This document shows positions 11,907 through 23,904 of a DNA stretch of 52,040 nt, piece after piece. The stretch is from Callorhinchus milii (lineage: Eukaryota): the NCBI RefSeq assembly GCF_018977255.1, contig NW_024705355.1:1-52040 (forward strand), written 5' to 3'. Under the pieces are notes generated by a model. It was not told the origin of the DNA and searched no databases. It saw nothing but the letters and a program-made list of their open reading frames with translations. Made by a program: the position numbers and the translations under genes. Numbering within the stretch: position 1 is the stretch's first letter; the number at the start of each line of letters is the position of its first letter.

Positions 11907-14900
11907 TCACTTCTTAGCCAGCATCTTCTTTGAAGCAAAGCCCAAGGCCACAAGGACGATGGAAGCAATCGCTGCAATGGCCACAACACCAGGGTAGTCC
12001 AGGACCTCCGCTGCAAATTGGACAAGGCAACTGGGTAAGGAGACGTATATAAATATTTCTGAAACCAGACATTTGCACAAGTGTAACATTAAAATTGGTT
12101 TCCCAAATATAGAACCATGTAAGACCCATTTTAGCCTGTGGTAGGAGTTATAAAATTACGGATTTAACTGTATTAAACCCAAAGTAAATTAGGAAACCGT
12201 ATCGAACTGGTAAAAGGACAATGTAAAAAACGCACAGCGGGATAGGGCGGCATCCTCGCTGTAGACAAAGGGTCCTCTGGTGAAGATGTAGACCGGGGTA
12301 TCCACGGTTTCCAAGCTGCTCCTCCTTTTCCTGGCCAGACATCCTTGCTGGCAGCGAGAGGCAGTCAAAGAAGCCTTGCAAGCTATCAATGCAGCGTGGA
12401 TGTACACCTGCAGGAGTGAAAGGGAGGTTTTAAATAAAACAGCACGTGCAATTTAAGGGGATGTGAACGCCCCAGGAGACACCCAATCGAATCATTAGCA
12501 AACAATGTTTTACCAGTGGGACCGTTGGGCTAGTCCAAGTTGATAAAATGAGGAAAACCCATTGCAGAACAGAAGTTCTAAATTAGACGAATGAGGCAGA
12601 GTTGTAAATTTTCCCCAGGCCATTCTTGATGCAAGGCAAAGCATAGCCAAGACTCGGCCCTAGCACCCGAAGTTCATGATCGCTTTTACCATGGTGGGAC
12701 ATTGAGCTCACGTATTTTTTATCTTGAGCAGTGAAGGCGAAGGCTGGGAAGGTGAAGCGGCGGGCAGTGGCGGTGACGGTGACGTTCACAGTGCTGTCAC
12801 GCAGACACCTACAGAAAGAGAAAGGCCACAGATTAGGCAAGACAGAGGATCAAGTACACTTCAGCCAGTGTCAAGCGCGAGAATAGAAAAACGACGCACC
12901 CTTCTTTCACGAGATAATATTTCAGCGGATCAAGGGGGCTATTGGTGGGAGTCGCGTAGAGGTCGACGGTGAACAGGGAAAGGTCGAGGCCGGTCTTGAG
13001 GGACAACTGGAGATAGAGGGTTTGACGCAGCTGCACCACTAGGGGGTAGTCGGTGGGCAGGTATGGCGCCAGGAACGTTGAGCTTTTGTAGAAATCCATC
13101 TTCAGTTCCAGTTCAGCATAGACGGTCTGGTTGAGCACAACCTTGGTGCTGTTGGGCTGGAGTGCTAAAGACGACAAGAGCTCCGTCCTCGGAATCTTGC
13201 AGCTATTATAAAAATGAAGGGGATAATGCAAAGAAAAGCGCATCAGTGTCTCGTTCTGAACAAATTAAATCCTATCATTACAATAGCAGAGTTTATTTCA
13301 AACTGCGGTGCATCAAGTCCCTCTCCTCAAAATTGGTCACGTGAACAAGGCCAAATCATGTTTTTCAGTACGGCAGTCAGTTGTGAACCAAATGATAAAT
13401 TTAGCTTTTGGAGAAGACTTTAATTTGAAAGCATGCCAATATCCAGGAAATTAACGGAAGGGGTCGTCACGACAGGCTTGGTCACGCCATTACGTGGAAG
13501 AGCAAGAATGCAGTTTAGTAGATGGATATTCTACGTGTCAAGCATGGGTTTTGGTCACATACATTGCATTGACCATGATGTACACGAAGTCGTAGGTGAT
13601 GATGCCGAACGTGGTACTGGGCAGAGAAATCGTTTGAGAGAAGACGAGGTCTGTGCTCGTTTCCTGTGGGGGGAAGATACAAGGCCGATGAATCGATTGA
13701 AAAAAGCAGGCAGTCAAGTTAAAGCACTTATATAAAAATAAAGTTAATATTGGAGACCTCAAAGACGGTGCCACATTCTCCGAGCGAGATGTTGAACGTG
13801 ATGTACGGCCCAGAATCTGTCAATCTGCATGCAGGAGTTGCAGAGTTCATGACGAGATCAGAAGCGCCATAGCCCAGCAGGACGCTTTTCGCGATCTTCG
13901 CAGACATCCTCTCCTTGACGCACTCCACCTCGTAGGTGACACCTGTAAGACGTTCAATGAGACCCACGGACATCAGGTCATGAAATTTAGCACCGCACAT
14001 CGATATACAAAGTGTCTAATGATGGCACAAATGAGAAACCCACAAATAGCGCAAATCAGAATTAATTCTAGGAAATGCATTGCATGTTGACCAAATTTTG
14101 CTAGTGCTCCGTGAAAAGCAGAAGTGTGATATTGTAAACTTTGTACATTTAACCTCCACAATGTAAAGAGATTTCTACGTAGTTCAGAACATGCGTTTGT
14201 GTCCTTTACAATATTGCAAGTAATTACAATTCTTGTTGCTACCAAATGTACATCACGCAACCTAGTTGCCCCCCCAACCCCACAAATCTGCAATACGAGT
14301 GTTAAACAAACCAGTGCATATTCTTTGGGTGTTTTAGTAAAGCCACGTAGAAAAAACATATCACGACGTTTCGATCGCAACAAGCAATCGTCATGAGGTG
14401 AAAAATAGGAGCTGCCGAGGCAGGATGTTAAAGGCTTGAGATGAGTGTAGCACAAGGATCAGCGAAGTGGGGGGGGGGGCAGATATGAAATTCGTAATTG
14501 AGATCGTCTTAGGTTGCAGTCCCGTGTCACGTGCACAACATTGTGTATTACCCGCAGGGATCGTAGATGGCGGCAATTCCTCATCATCGATAGCCCTCAA
14601 GCCACGGTTGGCAGCTCGATGTCCTTCAAGGAAAGCACAACAGCAGGGTTAAAATTTGGCTTTTAAAAATCAAAAGGTACAAAGCCTTCACTGGCGCAAC
14701 AGCATTTCCTCAATTTAGTCCTGACGCTTGCTCGAGTGCGAAACACCATTCTTGACCGATATATTATCCTGGTAACCAGGGAGATCCACGCTTTTAGGAT
14801 ATTAAATCTTACTTCACAGGAATACTAGACGCGTCGAAAGGATTGCATGCAAGGAGGCGATGATGAACAGCACGCAAACAAAGAGAAACAAGTAGACTAG

Positions 14901-15679
14901 TATTATGCACAAGCGAATGGAACTGGTATTTGGCAAATTCTAACTACACCAAAACCCTGCCATTAGCGGTGGTTTCGGTCGACAAATCTGGACTTTGCAC
15001 GAAATAAATGATCACCCTCCCGTTTCTGGTTACTCCACACCAATAATTCAGGATGTAAAGTACTAATATTTTATGAATTCTATTCAACGTGTTGCATAGT
15101 AAATAGTATAGAATATAAATACCCCTCCAAGTAGCGTGTAGTACACGTACTGCACACCACGATAAGAGTACACGGCTGAAACGAACACACGACCTGGAAC
15201 CAGCAATGGCTGCATTGGAGACAAGATGGCGCGCGTGCGGTTCCGCAGCAGCACAGAACTTAAAGAATACGCGAATGTTGCAAAGTCACGATGGCCACCA
15301 TTAGAGTCCACTCAATGGGGATTCCACGTAACACCAGACGCGTATTATAATTTGCCAGGACAAGTCTCAGCAAGGGAATATATTATTTAGGGGACGTTCT
15401 GAGTAAATCACTAATAAAGAACACAAGACCGAATTCGATACATTATAGTAATTTCAAATATTGTACTGCATTTCTGTTCGATAGTTTCTGAAATCAATAG
15501 GTTTCATTGCCAAGCGTACGAGTTGCCATGAGAGCTTTACTACGCTTAACAACTTACTCTTCACAAGCTTAAAATTACGCAGCGAGTTACGTGTGAGAAG
15601 CCTCACCTACGAAGCTCGGATCCGCAGACAAAACACCGGCTACGCAGAGCACCACGATCAAGGAAAGCATAGACTCCAT
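11907..15679 (-). CDS. ZP-domain protein precursor, copy 2; 7 exons, 344 aa
   Basis: Exons 15679-15607, 13942-13758, 13663-13563, 13202-12900, 12808-12712, 12407-12236, 12010-11907. Exon lengths identical to copy 1 and splice sites intact. Differences are mainly in exon 1 (MESMLSLIVVLCVAGVLS) and ET>DS in exon 2. Confidence 0.92.
14320..14760 (-). mobile_element. Degenerate Penelope-like element (hammerhead ~14361-14401, core mutated to CUCAUGA)
   Basis: Minus strand reads tcac-ctcatga-c-gattgc-ttgtt-gcgatc-gaaac-gtc-gtga, followed by the shared tail. Confidence 0.65.
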
Positions 15680-15725
15680 CTTGATTATCAGGCGAGAGAC
15701 AGTAAAATTGGGGTCTTATTCGGCC

Positions 15726-15876
15726 ATTTATAGTCGCTGAGGGTTCCCTCTGATTGGTCACAGTGGCACGCTGTTCAATTACCTCGTGTCTCTCATCGAT
15801 GCTTTGTGTTTCGATTACAATGCACTTACTTGAGTCTGGTATGCAGCCATTACACCTCAATTAAGGAGTACAGGTG
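15726..15876 (-). promoter_or_regulatory. ZP copy 2 proximal promoter: TATA, CCAAT, E-box
   Basis: TATAAAT 15732-15726, CCAAT 15757-15753, CAGGTG 15871-15876. Confidence 0.65.
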
Positions 15877-16503
15877 AATGATAACAGGTTGCTTGCTTGT
15901 AGTAATTCAATGATTTGATTTTTTTTAACAATAAGGGGTGTGGAATCACTTATGGAACCTTAATTGAAGTTGTTAAAGTTGTATACATCAATTAAAAATC
16001 ACACTCTTCCCATATTATAAACGTGCATATTAAAAGGAATCATGTAATAAATCTGTATGTGTGGGATCTCGCAAGTTTTGCGGAGACTGAGCCTGGTTAT
16101 GGATGGGTGCACACCAGTGCAAGAGACCTCGGCCTTGCGATGAAGCCAAGACATGGTAGTACATACATTGACGCATTTTACGGAAATAGTTTTGCATTAA
16201 TTTGGTCTGTCTTAGGATTGAATCTGTCTTTTTATAGCTTCAAATGCTATGGTCTTGTATTCGTGGGTTTTCTTTGGTTACTCTGGCATCCTCCCACGTG
16301 CCTTAAGAATGGAAGTGGCTCAACAACCCAAAGCAAACATCTGCCTTAAGGGTCTGTCCATAAATGACGTCACGCGATTTTGGACGATTTTAACCCCCCC
16401 CCCCACATCGTCACACGGCGTCACAAATAGTCAGACGTCACAAAGCTTTGCCCCCACCCCCAAAAAAATAAAACATGCTTCAAATCGCTTTAAACTATTG
16501 TCA

Positions 16504-16823
16504 TTCATCTTCTTGGTTCTATCGGTAAAGTCACGTAGAAGGGAAGCAATAACATAATACAAATAAAACATAATAAAATAATTCTCACGACGTTTCGGCC
16601 ACAACGCAAGCAGCCGTCCTCACCGGAGGACGGCTGCTTGCGTTGTGGCCGAAACGTCGTGAGAAATGGTTTTCACCTGAGGATGGCTGCTTGCGTTGTG
16701 GCCGAAACGTCGTGAGAATTATTTTATTATGTTTTATTTTTATTCTTTTATTACTTCCCTTCTACGTGACTTTACCGAAAGAACCAAGAAGATGAATCTC
16801 TGCAGTCACGAAAGCTTAAATCG
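16504..16823 (+). mobile_element. Palindromic Penelope-like pseudo-LTR insertion with hammerhead motifs
   Basis: 12-bp TSD aaactattgtca (16492-16503, 16824-16835), with the empty site at 9362-9373. An inverted copy followed by direct copies is the typical PLE arrangement. Confidence 0.85.
16673..16715 (+). ncRNA. Minimal type I hammerhead ribozyme
   Basis: tcac-CTGAGGA-t-ggctgc-ttgcgtt-gtggcc-GAAAC-GTC-gtga: stem I tcac/gtga, 6-bp stem II, loopless palindromic stem III. Confidence 0.8.
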
Positions 16824-18234
16824 AAACTATTGTCAATGTAGTGCGTATTTAATGTGGCGCTGCACTCTGATGTTGTAGGAGAAAACATTTATTAAAAAGT
16901 CTATTTAATTAAGTTAGAACGTCTTGTCTAGATTTATTTAAAGTTGCGCATTTTGATGTGACGTCACATTTCTCAACCCTGCCCCCCCCTCTCGTCACAC
17001 ATCGTCACAAATGTCTGACCCCCCCCCCCCTCAGGTGCGTGACGTCATTTATGGACGGCCCCTAATATTATCGCGGCTTCCCGGGTGGAATATATAGCAT
17101 TGCAAAAGTGTATTATTACTCTTTATAATGCAATAATCATTATCAACGTTAAATCCGCGGCTGGATGAAAGCCTCGACAAAACGCAGCCACTTCTAACGA
17201 CCCCTTGGTGCAATAATCTGCCTTGCACCTGCAAATTAACTGATTTTCTCGCTCCATCTCCCTGCCGGATACCCTCTCAGATGCGTTGCATTGCTTGCAT
17301 GTCTCGGTTATTCAATTCCCACAGGCATAAGTAACTCCCATAGGTGAATCTAAACGATTATTTACAGACCACCAACGTAATTTAAGCAATCACTGGTGAC
17401 TTTCCTTTCAAGCAGATATCTGCATGTTGTTAATCTGTGAACGTTGATGGATAAATTTAATAGCGAAGACAAACACCGTTTTGCAAAAAACTATATAGAT
17501 GTTGTTGGAAGGCAGAACAGCTCATTACACAGACAGGAATAATATTAACCATATTTTAATTACTTTCACTTTTATCTTTCTTTTCTTTTTCTTTCTTCTT
17601 TCTTCTCTTTTTTCTTATATATAAAAGTCTCCGTGCGCTCGCGCTTGCGGGGGATTTGGCTCTCGGACGGTGGGGTTTAAGACCGAAATAATTTGCCAGG
17701 CGGCACGCCCTAAGCCCCGTGGTGGGTATAGGCTATTCCGTTTTCCCGTCCGTAAACTTTAAAGTAGTTTAATTAACACATTTGTGCCGTTTCTATTATT
17801 CATTATTTACTTATTGCACGACATCGACCGTACCAAGTGACGCCAATTGCGTGGGGGGGGCGGACCCTGCCAAGTCATGCGCGTTCGCTCAGCTCACGGA
17901 GACATTTTCTTTTACGCGTTTTACAGTCAACACGTACACACATCACGCTGCGGATATTTATTCACAGTGTCATGTCCTCTTCGCCCCCCCCCCCCCAACA
18001 CGATGCGTTCAGTTTATACTACAGACTCCGTAGATAATAATATTTTACTGCTTACATAGCATTATTCTTGCACGGGCGGGGATGCTGGGAGGGGGGTAGC
18101 GGCCCAGCCCCTAGCCTGGCAACGTGCCAACTCCGCGCCTCGCCAATGTAGGCCAGGACGGGGGCTACGCATCGCACAAGGCCTCAACACGCCTATGCTA
18201 AGTACAAATTTCCTTGCTTCTTACGCTAACAACT

Positions 18235-18450
18235 CAAGTCCATTGTTTATTATTGTTAAACACATTAGTTGACAAACATTACAATAATAATGTTTGTGTG
18301 CAGATAAAAACTCAGCTTCATTGTTTACCATTATGAAACAAGTTCACAGATGTTACAATAATTATGTTTTGTGAAGATAACAACTCAGGTTCATTGTTTA
18401 CCATTATGAAACGAGTTGACATGTTACAATAATTATGTTTGTGTACACAA
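18235..18450. repeat. ~70-bp AT-rich tandem repeat (~3 copies) inside the Helitron
   Basis: Recurring aactcag..ttcattgtttaccattatgaaac...gttacaataattatgttt. Confidence 0.75.
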
Positions 18451-18659
18451 AACTCTTTTTGGATTTTTGGGTTGCTCAATTTCCCCTTTTTTTGCTGCGC
18501 TTTTATAACGCTGCCACGGTCTACTGCCAGTCTGTGATTTCTGCTTATTTCTTAAATGCATTTCTATTGTTTCCATCGCTCACGTCACGCTATTTACTCA
18601 TACGTAGTACTGCGATACTGATAGCTGTGCCATCATCGGGGATTGCTGTGCCCGTCGAT

Positions 18660-19560
18660 GTGTGTGGTGTGAGTCCATGTGTGTGTCTTTGAGTCCATAT
18701 GTGTGTGCGTGTAGAGCCATGCGTGTCTTTAACTCCATGTGGGTGTCTTTTTCGAACGGACAACGTCAAAGTGTTTATGTGTGTGTGTTAGTCCATGTGT
18801 GTGTGTCAGTCGATCTGTGTGCGTGTACGTCGATGTGTATGTCAGTCCATATGTGTGTGTGTTAGTCCACATGTGTGTGTAAGTCTATACATGTGTGTGT
18901 CACTCGATGTGTGTGTGTAAGTCAATGCGTCTGTGTGTGAGTCCATATGTGTGTTAATCCATGTCTGTGTATCTAAAGTAGATATCTGTGTGTCACAGTC
19001 CATATGTGTATGTGTGTGTAGGGCTATGTGTGTGTCAGTCTATGTATGTGTAAGTTCATGTGTGTGTGTCTTAGTCCATATGTGTGTGTAAGTACATATG
19101 TGTGTTTACGTCAATGTGTGTTTTAGTCCACGTATTGCTGTGTGCGAGTCGGTGTGTGTGTGTGTGAGTCGCTGTATGTGTGTACGTCCATATATGTGTG
19201 TGCAACTCCATGTGTGTATATCTCAAGTGGATGTCTGTGTGACAGTCCACATGTGTATGTGTGTGTACGGCAATGTGTGTGTCACTCTATGTATGTGTGT
19301 GTGTCGCTGTATGTGTGTACGTCGATATGTGTGTGTAACTCCATGTGTGCGTATCTCAAGTGCATGTCTATGTGTGTGTGAGTCCATATGTGTGTGTGTC
19401 TGTAAGTCGATGTGTTTGTGTGTGTCAGTCCATATGTGTGTGTGTGTCTCAGTCCATGTGCGTGTGTGTTAGTCGCTGTGTGTGCATGCCTCCATGTTAG
19501 TCAGTGTAACTCCATTTCTTTGCGTGTCTGTAGGTCCATGTGTGCATCTTAGTCCATGCG
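18660..19560. repeat. TG-rich degenerate simple repeat
   Basis: Low complexity; matches 1-600. Confidence 0.9.
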
Positions 19561-20960
19561 TGTGCTTTATTGACCTGCTCAAGGCCTATGATACCATCAG
19601 TAGGCCTGGCCTCTGGGTTGCTCTTCGTGCTTTCCGAGTCCCGAACCCACTCATCACCATCCTTAAGGACCTTCATGATGGTGAGCGGCCCCGCGTCTTA
19701 ACTACGTGGCCGTGAGTCAGAGCCATTCCCTTTACACCTTGGGGTGCAACAGGGATGTCCTCTGGCTCCCACATTGGACCACGTAGTTCGTCGAGCCTTC
19801 AATGCCTGTACCGGAAGAATTCCCATCTGCTACAGATACAATGGGAGGCTGATCGATGCCCGGGTGCGGTCAAGGGATGGCTCCCTATTGCTCAACCACG
19901 TTATGTATGCCGATGATCTGCTAATGGCTGCTCACTCGGAGGAGGAGTTCGAGGTGCTGCTGCTGAACCTGGAGCTTGCCACCAACAGGTGGGGCCTTAC
20001 CATCAGCCCAACCAAAGCTAAGCACCTGCCTGGCTATTTTGTACCATCGGACACTCCACCCCCACAACTCCCAATTGGTGATGGGGCAGTTGTGGAGACA
20101 GTGGAGAGTTTCCCTGGGCAGTGTGCTAATGACCGGCTCCGGTTTAACAGCAGAGGTCTCACTCCGAATCAGTCGAGCTGCAGTATCTTTTCATTGGCTG
20201 CGTAACGCTGTGTGGAAGCTACCTGGTCTATCACTCCGTACGAAGCTTCAGGTCTTCTCGGCCACGGTCATTCCCTCCCTTCTCTACGCTTGCGAAACTT
20301 GGACCCCCCTAATGGAACATCTTCGCCGGTTAGAAACATTTAGGCTGGCCTGCCTACGATCCATCCTGGGTTTAACCAGGCTGCATTGTGTGAGGAGCTC
20401 ACAAATCCTTGAAAGATGTGGACAAAGTCCCATCGGTGACCTCCGGCAGGCAAGGCTGCGTTGCCTGAGTCATGTAGCCCGCATGGCCAGCCACCGCATG
20501 CCTAAACAGCTTTTGTTCCGCCGGATCGAGGGGGCTAAACGGTGCGGCACGGGCTGGAGAAGACATGGAGTGATGTGCTACAGGAGGACTTGGAGCTGAG
20601 TCCACTTGCGGATGACTGGTACCAGCCGTGTCAAGATCGGCCACTGTGGAGGAGGCTCCTGAAGGACGCTACTGGCCAGTTGGAGGCAGTCACCCTCCAA
20701 CAACAACGGAGGGCGGAGGAGCGACGCTCACAACAACGAGCGGAGCGCCGGGTGGCTAAAGCACAGAAAGTTGCCACAGTAGGGGCCACAGGTGGTGCAT
20801 CAGCCAGTCGTCTCAGTCAGTCGACCTGTGCCATCTGGGTTTGCCCCGTGACCTCTTGCCAGCGGGCGTTCGACACTTCACGTGGCCTCAAGGTGCACAT
20901 AGCCTGGCACAAGCGTTGTTGTGACGTCACCGCCACTTAGTGGCGAATGGCGGTTGTTGT
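19560..20960 (+). pseudogene. RTE-clade LINE 3' fragment inside the Helitron
   Basis: FIDLLKAYDTI, QQGCPLAP, YADD (19906-19917), LLYACETWT, C-terminal CPVTSC..HIAWH finger and gttgtt tail. Confidence 0.92.
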
Positions 20961-21240
20961 GTTCAGTCTATGTATGTATGTGTGAGTCCATTTGTGCGTG
21001 TAACTCTATGTGTGTGTATCAATGGATTTGCGTGTGTAACTACATGTGTCTGCCTTTTTCGCCCGGGCAACGCCGGGTACTAACCGCTAGTTAGTTCATA
21101 TGTGTCACTTGCTAATCGTCCCCGGGTCAATCACAACTTTGCCGTGCGTGCAGGGTTTTAATCGAGCTGCTCGCAAGGTTGCGATGCCTTTCCATGCCAC
21201 AAGATGACGTTCATTGCTCCTTCCACACTGCGACAATATC

Positions 21241-21546
21241 TACTGCAGTGTTCTATAACGCGGTAGTTGCGTTGCTGAAGAACACCGCGTTATGTAAAAT
21301 CCCTCGTTATAATGAATAATACAGGGTAAAGCACAGTCCGTGATAACACGTGAGATGCGTGTGTCGGCTGAACAAAGACTGAGGCGCGTGGGTAGCATCA
21401 GAAAGCATCCAGCAGCATCCCAATGCCTCGTGTGATGCTGTGCCGAGGCAGTCGTACAACTGCACATTCATACTCGCGCGACGTAGTTCTGTTGACTCGA
21501 TCGCGTTATATCCAATTAGCATCTGCGTTATAAAGCGTGTTCCCTA
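21241..21546. mobile_element. Degenerate Tc1/mariner (Tigger/pogo-like) MITE
   Basis: Repeated ataacgcg / cgcgttat motifs in inverted orientation near both ends, TA-flanked. Confidence 0.4.
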
Positions 21547-21839
21547 ATACATTCATCATGCTATATCCAAATGGCGTAATGAAAACAGGCGTTAAGGCAG
21601 AACGAACTCTATAAACTATTTTTATTTTACCAGGTGAGACCCACTGAGCGATGTAGCTGTTTTTCAGAAGCGACCTGTCCACAAATGATAGATCAGCGAA
21701 ATGGCTAATCATGTAGAAATGTATAGCACCAGCCAAATACTCTAAACATGGGATCCCCTTTGACAGGGTCAGTGTTTCCTTAGCAGCTGCGTCGTGACAC
21801 TTGGTAGAGTGCTGTCTTTGAGGCAGAGAACTTTAAAAC

Positions 21840-23220
21840 CGTGTGCAGTGGTTAATTTGCTTAACAGCTTTACACCGAACTCCTTGCTTGTGTGATGCCG
21901 CCGCGAAGCCGCTCGGCGGGCGCCCCATCTACGACCTCGCCACCACCAAGCGACAGGGCCGACCTCGCTTCCCCCTCACCGCCCCCACCATGAACACACC
22001 CTCACACAATTCCCCCCCCCCATAGAGCTCCGAGGGGAGGTCACCTGGCCGACAGGTTTTCACCTGGAAGCTCTCATAGGGATAATCTTCATGGTTTCCT
22101 GCGGCCAGGGAATTGGGCGACCTCCCCCGATGCTAACTCGCACCGCGGAGCTGTGACCTGGGTTGAGATAACATGGTCACGGCGAGGGCTATCCAGCCAC
22201 CACGGTTAAAACGCACCCCCACACACGGATCGGCAGGCAGGCAGGGGGCCGCAGCACGAACGAAGGGAAAAACCAGGGTGGGCGGCTGATTAGCATAGCA
22301 GATGTGCTCGTGGACCGCGCAGCAGCCAGCGGCGGGCCCTTTGTTAGGGAAACCGGGAGTGCGGTTGAGCAAGCACAGTGACCTGATTGGCCGAGAAGAC
22401 CCTCGGGTCGGCAGCGGCTTTCTTTGATGTGGGTTAGCCATAAAAAGGGGGCGCAGAAAGATAGAAGCTCTCTTGCTCCTAAAGTCAGCCCTCGGGACGG
22501 TCTCCAGTTCGGCCACTCGAGCGTCCGTGTGACGCGTCGAGGTGAGCAGAGAGGATGAGCCCGCCGGAGTGCCGTACGCATCGAACTGTGAGTAAGAATA
22601 AGAGGGAAAGAGAGTATTGAGATTTTGTCTAAAAACAGAGTATTGAGATTTGGTCTAAAACCAAAGCAGCTTAGATCGTATCAAACTAGATAAATCGGGT
22701 ATAGACCATCGGAAAATAGTGTGGGCCTGCCTCGCCGATTCCTACTGTCTCAACAGTGGCTCACAGTCGGCCGGTAATAAATAGTTAATAACTAACCACA
22801 GTCTCGTGTGGATTCTACGAGTGTGGTGAAAGCGCGTGGTGCTCTGTGTGTACACTCGTAACGTGGGTGGTCGGTGTTTTCGCGGGTGCGCGCTCCGTTC
22901 TGTCGCTGCGGAGACTCGTGCTGCGTAAGGGCTCACACCCACCGTAAACACCTGTTCCACGGCCCCTTTAAACGAGCGTTGTCACCCGCTCGCGGCGGCG
23001 GCGCGTGTGCGAGCAACGCCGCTGCCCTCTGACCTCCGATCCCCAGCTGCCATGCCATTTCTGGAACGTGCACGGAGTTGAGCAGTAGCGTGCGGGTAGT
23101 TATTACCAATGTTTGAGGGAAGGCACGGTGAGGGTGTTTGAATGAGCAAGATGACCAGGGGGCCAGCCGAAAGTTACGTCTCGCAGAGAGGAATCGGGGG
23201 GCAGTAGCCCCCACACTTGT
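21840..23220 (+). other. CpG-rich island with promoter-like motifs and a terminal hairpin; probably a mobile element
   Basis: ATTGG at ~22386, CATAAAAGGG at ~22440, GTGAGT donor at ~22588, a 24-bp direct repeat at 22611-22660, and hairpin GGGGGC-AGTA-GCCCCC at 23197-23212 followed by ACACTTGT. Confidence 0.4.
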
Positions 23221-23904
23221 GATAAAAAAATGTTAACGACTTTGCTCATCGAGAAAGTTGAACTATGCAGATTTAGATTTAAAGTAAAATGTACTTAGTG
23301 TGAGATGAACTTCTAAACAATTTCCTTTGCTCAACATCTTGCAATTAATGTATTTTTTAAGTGATTAAGTGATTCCGTGATGTTTATGTAACTTGACCAT
23401 TAAGATAATATATGGAGCATAATTATTTCAGTATTATTTTTCCATAAGTAAACTTTAAACTGAGCTCATATGTGATATTATATTGCCTGATTATTTAACT
23501 TTTTAACGTAGTCTACATGTATATACATACTCTTCTGGCGATATTACCCCACATTTACCATTCGTTGATGTTCCCTTCGACATTGGTAATTGGCAATGTC
23601 ACACCATAGTAATTCATGGGCAATTATGTAATTCGAGCAGGTATTTTTAGGACACTCATCCATGGAGGAGAATTTTCAAATGCATTGCCTTAATTTCGTA
23701 ATACAAGTAATTTATATATCGTTTGACAGTTCTTATCATTGTATTGCAGAACATCTGTGTGTCTCTCTCCCTATTTTTTTTACGATCAGAGGAAACAAGA
23801 AGATGCTCGGTGTAGTCAGCACTTTGCTTCGTTCATCATTTAGTTTTTTTATGCTTTGCTTTATGTAACCCCCCCCCTGTAATTGAAATATTTCAAGTTC
23901 TGCT

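Larger units (their letters stand above)
16350..17062. mobile_element. PIF/Harbinger MITE (copy of 9207-9603) with a nested Penelope-like insertion
   Basis: Same TIRs and TAA TSD as 9207-9603, with ~330 extra bp inside. Confidence 0.85.
10106..17574. repeat. Tandem duplication unit 2 (~7.5 kb) containing ZP gene copy 2
   Basis: Collinear with unit 1; ends at ttactttcacttttA (17574), which matches 10091-10105. Confidence 0.95.
17575..21090 (+). mobile_element. Complete non-autonomous Helitron copy 2 (~3.5 kb) with captured RTE fragment
   Basis: A^TC 5' end at 17574/17575. 3' hairpin cccgg-gcaacg-ccggg (~21062-21077), then CTAG (21087-21090) and T. No TSD. Confidence 0.82.

Noticed and set aside
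21780..21860. tRNA/SINE-head-like tggtagagtg
   Set aside because: No B box or cloverleaf could be built.
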